Shown here in pieces: positions 60,463-64,000 of a DNA stretch of 64,000 bases. Below the pieces are notes generated by a model, which saw only the letters and a program-made list of their open reading frames with translations, made no database searches and was not told the origin of the DNA. Origin of the DNA: an uncultured bacterium (GTDB taxonomy: Bacteria; Myxococcota_A; Bradymonadia; UBA7976; VGTA01); assembly GCA_943788935.1 (NCBI GenBank), contig CALSSE010000016.1:1759-65758 (forward strand), given 5' to 3'. A program made the position numbers and the translations under genes. Positions within the stretch are counted from its first letter, which is position 1. Each line of letters begins with the position of its first letter.

Positions 60463-60585
60463 GATTGTATGCCCTCCAAACATACCATGACTTCTCCTTT
60501 GACTCATACGTTGGCCTGTAGTACCCTCACTCCATCTTCACATTGGAAAAAACTCTAAATATAAAACAAGTAAAGGCTTAAAATA

Positions 60586-61014
60586 ATGAGATATTTATCA
60601 AAGATACCTCTATGGGGATGGCTCATCATCTTAACAGTGTTGTCTTATGCGGCTTGGAACCCTTTTAAGGCATCAGTTTTTCATATGTGGGCAGATAATC
60701 CACAGCCGACCGCAGGTAAACTCTTAGTGACGCTTTTACTCGGTGGCGCTCTCTTTTTCTTTGCTAGAGAGACGAAAAAAGCGATTGGGGCAGGTGGCAT
60801 CGCCTTTCTCACGATCATTATCGGGCTAGTCTTGTGGTTATTTAAGGGAGTATTTGTAGAGAAACCTGGGATTCTCGCGAACCTCTTCCCTTTCATTATC
60901 GCTGTGTTTTTGACCATTGGATCTCAGTTCAATAAGGTCCGTCGTCGCATCAGCGGCACCGTGTCTGTGGATCACACAGAGGATGATATTGTAGACATGC
61001 ATGGTCACGACTGA
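60586..61014 (+). CDS. Small hypothetical membrane protein (4 predicted TM helices)
   Basis: Hydrophobic segments WGWLIILTVLSYAAW, LLVTLLLGGALFFFA, IAFLTIIIGLVLWLF, LFPFIIAVFLTIG. Confidence 0.5.
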   Translation: MRYLSKIPLWGWLIILTVLSYAAWNPFKASVFHMWADNPQPTAGKLLVTLLLGGALFFFARETKKAIGAGGIAFLTIIIGLVLWLFKGVFVEKPGILANLFPFIIAVFLTIGSQFNKVRRRISGTVSVDHTEDDIVDMHGHD

Positions 61015-61141
61015 GGTGATCAAGAAGATCGGGCAAGGCTATTGCCCAGTCAGTCGATAAGGGGTATGACCTAAGACTCTAAAGCGAAGTTGTTTTAAGC
61101 TCCGCTTATCTTCACTCAGCTCTATCAGAAGCTAGGTTGAC

Positions 61142-62563
61142 ATGTCTCAGGGTACTCAAGACGACCATCATGGCGCCGAGCCCCCACAGCGCTTAGAGAG
61201 GCAGTTAGGGCTGAGCGCCTCGTTCTCGATGATCACTGGATCAATGTTGGGCATTGGGATATTTCTCGCTCCTTGTCTAGCGGCGCGACATATCCCGACG
61301 AGTGGTCTCTTCTTTGGGGCGTGGATATTTACAGGGATAATCGCCCTGGCTGGTGCTTGGATTTACTCTAAGTTAGGGGTGATGCTCCCTCGGAGCGGTG
61401 GTGACTATGTCTTTCATCGTGAGGCCTTAGGATCATCAGTCGCTTTTTCCTATGGGTGGGGTATGCTCAGCGCTGCTTTCGCCGGGTCCTTGGCGGCGAT
61501 GTCGGTGGCTCTATGCTCTTATCAGCTCCTCCCTTTATTGGGTTTACCCACCGGTGAGCTGTGGGTCATCACTCTATGGGGGTTGACGGTCAGCGTGACT
61601 TGGGCACAAGTAAGCGCGGTGCTCTTAATCGTCCTTATCACTTTGAGTAACTCCTTTGGTTTAGCGATCTCGGCGAGACTCCAAGAGGTGATCGCTTTTT
61701 TACCGCTAGTAGCCCTATTTATTATCTGTGGATACTTATTTACCGCAGACCCCATTAATCCTGAAGAGCTCACTGTAGTGAGTCATCGCGTAGATGAATG
61801 GAGTTACTCGGGGATCTCTAACGCTTTCTTGGAGATCTATTTCGCCTATTCGGGGTGGAACGCGATCATCTATGTCGCTGGAGAGATTAAAGAGCCGAAG
61901 CGAACCATCCCCATAGCACTGATCGGAGGGACGATCACCGTCATGTGCTTATATTTGTTCTTTTGTGCGGCGTCTCTTCACTATGTTGGTTTAGAGGGCC
62001 TCAGAGCTTTTTATTACTCTCAGATTGATCTTGGGAGCGGGATCGCCCAACAGCTGGGTGGAGGATGGATATCCCACGGTATGACAGTCTTAGTTACAGT
62101 GGCGCTGCTCGCCTCCATTAATGCGACGGTAATCGGAGGGGGTCGACTCGCTTACATGATGGCCAATGATGGGTGTTTTTGGAGCGCGGCCGGTCAGATA
62201 GATGAGAGATATGGTACACCCAATCAAGCGCTGTGGATCCTCGCTTGCCTCTCAGGGATTATCACGCTCTGCGTCCCCTATGACTTGATCTTTAGGTTGA
62301 TCAGCTTAGTGATGGTGCTCGGTGGGGTATTGACCGCATTGTCATATTATATACTAAAGTTGAGAACGGTAAAACTCAGCGAGCTCTCCCCTACAGATTG
62401 GCTCCTGCCACCTCTCTTTATCTTGTCGAGCTTAAGCATCATGTCGGTTAAGATCTATGATGCCGTTCAAGGAGAACCGGGTGCGCTTCCCCCTTTGGTA
62501 GGGCTCATTGTTATCCTCTTCGCCTTCTTGAGTCATCGAGTATATCGAGGTATTCAGAGGTAG
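61142..62563 (+). CDS. APC-superfamily amino-acid/polyamine permease
   Basis: N-terminal LGLSASFSMITGSMLGIGIFLAP (APC consensus-like) and ~12 TM segments. Confidence 0.8.
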   Translation: MSQGTQDDHHGAEPPQRLERQLGLSASFSMITGSMLGIGIFLAPCLAARHIPTSGLFFGAWIFTGIIALAGAWIYSKLGVMLPRSGGDYVFHREALGSSVAFSYGWGMLSAAFAGSLAAMSVALCSYQLLPLLGLPTGELWVITLWGLTVSVTWAQVSAVLLIVLITLSNSFGLAISARLQEVIAFLPLVALFIICGYLFTADPINPEELTVVSHRVDEWSYSGISNAFLEIYFAYSGWNAIIYVAGEIKEPKRTIPIALIGGTITVMCLYLFFCAASLHYVGLEGLRAFYYSQIDLGSGIAQQLGGGWISHGMTVLVTVALLASINATVIGGGRLAYMMANDGCFWSAAGQIDERYGTPNQALWILACLSGIITLCVPYDLIFRLISLVMVLGGVLTALSYYILKLRTVKLSELSPTDWLLPPLFILSSLSIMSVKIYDAVQGEPGALPPLVGLIVILFAFLSHRVYRGIQR

Positions 62564-62933
62564 AGACTCCGCTTCGCTTTCTAGACGGAGACGTCTGACC
62601 ATTTCTTTAAGTTCTACCTTAAAACAGCAATAATTATATTTGAGCTCATTTTGAACAAGGTCAAGTTTATACTGTAAATCCTCTAGAACAAACTCAGCGA
62701 CTCAGGTCGGTTATAAACAGTGAACACTGACAAGAGAGCGATGAGATGAGTGATGATGAGTTAGCTTGAGGTGAGCCAGTCGAATCGATGCTGAAGAACA
62801 GAACAAACCTGACTTAATGAGTCTAACTTCTGCCCTTGATGTGGTTTGAACTCGTTTTGAGTAATGCTCATGACCCTCTCCATCTCAGCTATATTCTTAA
62901 GTTTAGACAGCATCAATGTGGGCGCAAGAATAG

Positions 62934-63980
62934 CTACATCTCAGGGATATAAGCCTTAGCTTTGATCGCTGCCTTACCTCTCTTATTAGTATAGATGGTA
63001 AAACGGACATCAGGGCATCCCTTTTTCTCAATATATTTTTTGCGAGCGTCATTGAGCTGATTTACGAACTCTGAAAAGTTTGGCACTTTGGCGCTCTCTT
63101 CTAAGTCTCGTTTCAATGAGCAATAGCTCTGAAAGGTGTCTTTATAGTGTTCAAGTCGCTCTTGACGCCGTACACGAGCTCTCTCGTCCCAGTCGATTTG
63201 AGGTTGAGGTGCGTGGGTCGCGATCGCTTCGACGAGCTCATCATCGGTGGATCTTAAAGGCTCCATTTCTTGAACATTCTGTCTAGATTCGGGATGTTCA
63301 TTGGAAGAGCTCTCGTCTTCTGAGCTTGCTTCATCGGCAGAAGACTGATTGAGCTCATCGAGCTTTTGAGCTTCCATATAGCTCTTCAAAGTCTCTGTTG
63401 CAGGCTCTAGGGCATCTATAGATTTAAGATCATTGTTTTCTCTGATTAACTCAGGAGGATTAGAGAGCTCTGTCTCTTCATCCTGTAAGTATTCTACAGG
63501 AGGTGGAATCGTGACTTGTAGATCATCAAATGAGGGGTCAGCCTCATAGTGCATATCTTGATAGTGCATATCTTGTTGACGAGATGGAGATGAAACCTCA
63601 GTTGGTTCGGTGCCTAATCGCTCTCTTCTTGATCGTTGTTCTTGAAGGTCACTCGGTATCTCTGCAGATGACTCGTTGGAGAGGAGTTGATTCGTTGAGG
63701 TCATGATACTGGGGTCATCGACCCCAAAGATGTTCATTAGGTCATCAACCGGAGCTAGCTGACTCTCAGGAGCACTTTGCTGAGGATCTTTCTTCTCCAC
63801 TTCAGCTTGGATCATTTGTGGAGCAGATGAGGGAAGATCTTCCCATTTATCACCGTATTCGGCTTGAAAGAAGTTCTGAAGTGCATCCATCTCTTCTTGA
63901 CTAGGGCTTGCCTCTTGGTCGTCTGCTAAGGGATTCTCTTCTTCTTGGCTCAAGAGGTTTGGTGCGGTGACGATAGACAT
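62934..63980 (-). CDS. Hypothetical acidic (E/D/S-rich) protein with basic C-terminal ~45-aa module
   Basis: 348-aa ORF. Low-complexity acidic N-terminal 2/3 with a 15-nt x2 repeat (QDMHYQDMHY). C-terminal KKGCPDVRFTIYTNKRGKAAIKAKAYIPEM. Confidence 0.4.
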   Translation of the reverse strand: MSIVTAPNLLSQEEENPLADDQEASPSQEEMDALQNFFQAEYGDKWEDLPSSAPQMIQAEVEKKDPQQSAPESQLAPVDDLMNIFGVDDPSIMTSTNQLLSNESSAEIPSDLQEQRSRRERLGTEPTEVSSPSRQQDMHYQDMHYEADPSFDDLQVTIPPPVEYLQDEETELSNPPELIRENNDLKSIDALEPATETLKSYMEAQKLDELNQSSADEASSEDESSSNEHPESRQNVQEMEPLRSTDDELVEAIATHAPQPQIDWDERARVRRQERLEHYKDTFQSYCSLKRDLEESAKVPNFSEFVNQLNDARKKYIEKKGCPDVRFTIYTNKRGKAAIKAKAYIPEM

Positions 63981-64000
63981 GACTGTTGTTGGTTTAGCAG

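Noticed and set aside
62564-62933. Possible rho-independent terminator or small RNA in the convergent intergenic region (CTCCG…CGGAG stem at ~62566-62600)
   Set aside because: The stem is only ~5 bp with no clear U-tract. Not convincing without folding-energy computation.
1-64000. Mobile elements / prophage / integrative island
   Set aside because: No transposase, integrase, recombinase, phage structural or plasmid replication genes recognised in any frame. No inverted-repeat-bounded segments noted. The tRNA-Ala has no detectable flanking att duplication within the window.

Overview
This 64-kb window looks like chromosomal DNA from a moderate-GC (~50-55%) Gram-negative bacterium. The secreted-protein repertoire points to a Myxococcota/Bdellovibrionota-like lineage; taxonomy is inference only. 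Evidence for that: Myxococcus-type cysteine-rich repeats (CGDG..E.CDDGN..DGC...C), PKD domains, thrombospondin-type-3 (TSP3) Asp-rich calcium-binding repeats and a MYXO-CTERM-like tail. The first ~9.9 kb is the 5' part of one enormous minus-strand gene (1..9943, running off the window). It has a signal peptide, an FGE/sulfatase-modifying-factor-like domain, ~10 Myxo Cys-rich repeats, ~7 RCC1-like repeats, ~13 more Cys-rich repeats and TSP3-like repeats. Those are followed by an extremely regular ~33-copy tandem array of a 171-bp (57-aa) D-rich unit, which also shows an 855-bp (5-unit) higher-order periodicity. The 1939-aa plus-strand ORF in the supplied track (12..5831) is the antisense shadow of this array. 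The rest is mostly housekeeping and accessory cell-envelope genes. These include argB, htpX, a pabB/trpE-family gene, and a leucine/isovalerate catabolism cluster (MCC beta, acyl-CoA dehydrogenase, enoyl-CoA hydratase, MCC alpha) followed by a BKACE/DUF849 enzyme. Also present are tRNA-Ala(GGC), a PilZ-like::methyltransferase fusion, a hybrid sensor kinase, lepA-lepB, ruvX, uppP and an APC permease. Further envelope genes are an OmpA-TSP3-SPOR outer-membrane protein, two tandem paralogous ~800-950-aa lipoproteins, and a PKD-rich surface protein with a MYXO-CTERM-like tail. That last gene appears split from its signal-peptide-bearing N-terminal part by a frameshift. A recurring theme is short (12-21 nt) perfect tandem repeats, in frame inside otherwise conserved genes and in intergenic regions. 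No transposases, integrases, CRISPR arrays or rRNA genes were seen. ORF coordinates follow the supplied track; I did not attempt promoter calls because they are unreliable by eye.
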